A DNA stretch of 35,661 bases, from assembly GCA_000320545.1 (NCBI GenBank), contig ADNK01001720.1, forward strand, positions 1 through 35,661. The letters run 5' to 3'. The notes below the pieces were generated by a model. It saw only the letters and a program-made list of their open reading frames with translations. It ran no database searches and was not told the DNA's origin. How positions within the stretch are numbered: position 1 is the first letter of the stretch; every line of letters begins with the position of its first letter. The stretch comes from Bigelowiella natans CCMP2755 (taxonomy: Eukaryota; Protista; Cercozoa). Shown in pieces: positions 33,706 to 35,661 of this stretch. Both the position numbers and the translations under genes were made by a program.

Positions 33706-35661
33706 ATGGCGGGCCAGGGTTCTCATTCTCTGCCCAGGAACACTCAGGGAACTAGGAGAATGATGCTTTTGAGGTGGATTGTATCCCTCCGTTTCGCCTC
33801 AGGGGTTTTTGTCGTTGCTGCGGCGTATTTCTAATGAATATTCTTGTTTCAGTGCGTTCGTGTTTGAGAAGGGTGAAGTTCTAGGAAGATACCGCGACGG
33901 AAGTTCGGTCCTCCTCCAAGCAGACGGAGCATCTGTTGTTCTCTATCAAAAAGACGGGAGGTATCACGAATCCGTTAAGCCCCTACAATGCTTACCCTGG
34001 AAATTAATATCCCAATGTATGCTTTTAATCAGCCGGCTACGGTTCGTGGCAAGATATGCGCCTGGGGCGGTCTTCGAGAAGCTTGTGCTATTGTCACGTT
34101 TGAGGAACTCATGTTGCCACTACAACCACAACGGAAATGGAGGATTCAGGCCCTTAGTTTTCGCAAGATCTTCGGTCTCCGAAGCCCCGGCAACTGAGGT
34201 AGACCTGTGCGTTTAAAAGGGAAGATCCTCTGCATTGCCGTCCATTCATTCAGCATGCCCTTACATTCACTGTTTCAGGAGCCTGTTCCCTACACGCACG
34301 TCCGATGGACCAAGAGCCCTGAACATGCAACAATCGAAGAGCTTTCCGATGGAGGTATCATTCTGACAAGCGACGATTCCAAAACGATAGTGGCGTTGCT
34401 CCCCGGGCATAAGTGGTTCGCGGTGCAATGGCCGGTCTTGGTACAAAAAGTACTAGATCCCAAGGTAGAACGGCACTTCATTAACTCGTCACTGCGACGA
34501 AAATCTGTCACACTCTGCACTTTTAGCTGCTACCATTTGTGGGTGTGTTCCTTCCTCTCAACTGTAATGTGGTGTACATCGAGTTATCAATACTCACTAC
34601 ACCTAACCCTGACTCTAAACCCCCCCCCCCCCCCCCCCCACTCCCTCCATAGAAATCCAACAGTAACCGTTGCGGGAAGATAGTTCTAGCTCATAAGTAC
34701 ATTCATAAGCATTCAATGGAGCTGTACCCAGTCGAGTTTTGTCCTCCGATATGGATGCATCCGTTGGGGCTCATTCAGCAGTTCCTTGCTAGAAAGAAAG
34801 AAGAAGCGAAACCCCCCCACCATGCTCCTCCTTCTTGTAGCAGCGGGAGCTCTCGACCCCTGCCCAATTATGATGGTGGAGATACAACATTTTCAGCCCC
34901 AATCGCTTCTTCTCCTTCCACCCTCCAGCTGAGCAAGCAACGTGATTTCACTTCAAGAACTTCTTCTTCTACTAGTACTACTGCTACTCCTCCCACTCCT
35001 ACTACAAATGCTACTACTCTCAGCAGCAGCAGCAGCAGCAGCAGGAGGAGGAGGAGGAGGAGAAGGAGCAGCTACGACTCCATTGAACTTCCTCGATGTG
35101 TCTCGATAGATATAAGGTAAATCGATTCTCTAGCATTTCTGCCGTGTAAAAGCAGCTAGCACGGTCGCCGCTGCTACCAGTATTTCCGACGATTAATACT
35201 GAATCTCTCCCTCAATGATGAAACACTTGATGGTGTTCTACTTTTCGCAATCAGCCAACTAACTAATCAATGTCTCACTGATCAGTCCGTCGTGGGAATA
35301 CACGACGATACAGGACGAGGAGTTCTTCATGCTCCACTGCGGGCCAATGCCTACGACGACTGCTTTGCACCTACCTGGGGGCAGCGCTTGCATCGCTCAA
35401 TGGAACAAAGATGCTTCCTTGAGAATGGTGAAACGGAGAAGGTGTACGATGAGAAACGTCAAAAGCAGCAGTAGTAGCAGTAGCAGTAGTAGTAGTAGTA
35501 GTAGTAGTAGTGGAAGAAGCTCCTTAACAGATACGGCAATCGTATCAATCCTCTCTCATCACGACTTTGCGACCATACAGTCGACTCCAGGTAGGCAACC
35601 CATTGCTGCTGTGACTGAAGGGGGGAGAGGGGAGGGGAGAGACTGAGATAGGGGGGGGGGG
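33706..35661 (+). CDS. C5orf34-like protein, 3'-truncated by the window
   Basis: Spliced exons give FVFEKGEVLGRYRDGSSVLLQADG...RLRFVARYA...KLVLLSRLRN...HVRW...DGGIILTSDD...FAVQWP...YPVEFCPPIWMHPL, matching my recollection of the C5orf34 N-terminal pattern. The gene itself is well supported; the family call is moderate. Confidence 0.65.

Noticed and set aside
34601-34640. CCTAACCCT...CTAAACCC as interstitial telomere
   Set aside because: Two mismatched units at an intron 3' end; compatible with branch point and pyrimidine tract.
1-35661. tRNA, rRNA, transposase, reverse transcriptase or viral genes; a functional gene cluster; alternative genetic code
   Set aside because: No such motifs found by eye; neighbouring genes are functionally unrelated; TAA, TAG and TGA all act as stops.

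Overview
Intron-rich eukaryotic (protist-like) DNA, standard genetic code, with microsatellite-filled introns. Most ORF-track entries are shadows; splicing by eye gives nine genes in strictly alternating orientation: (+) 3' part of a FolD-type methylene-THF dehydrogenase/cyclohydrolase; (-) 17-exon ribophorin I/OST1; (+) a ~2,940-aa secreted mosaic protein (Cys-rich lectin-like, PAN-like, ricin-B-like, PT/YPT repeats, His-rich, SEA-like and two SAP-like motifs) with a frame break at CTT-TAA (9682-9687); (-) a low-complexity unknown protein; (+) class II-like eIF4E with a His/Gln/Gly tail; (-) intronless SV2/SVOP-like MFS transporter; (+) CAMK-like kinase with a 119-codon insert; (-) a 10-exon divergent calmodulin-like gene absent from the ORF track; (+) 5' part of a C5orf34-like gene. 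Tail-to-tail spacers are rich in perfect palindromes; head-to-head spacers are short. Best novelty candidates: the giant secreted SAP-containing protein with its possible +1 recoding switch, and the alternating-gene/palindromic-spacer architecture. All family calls are from motif recognition, not database searches.
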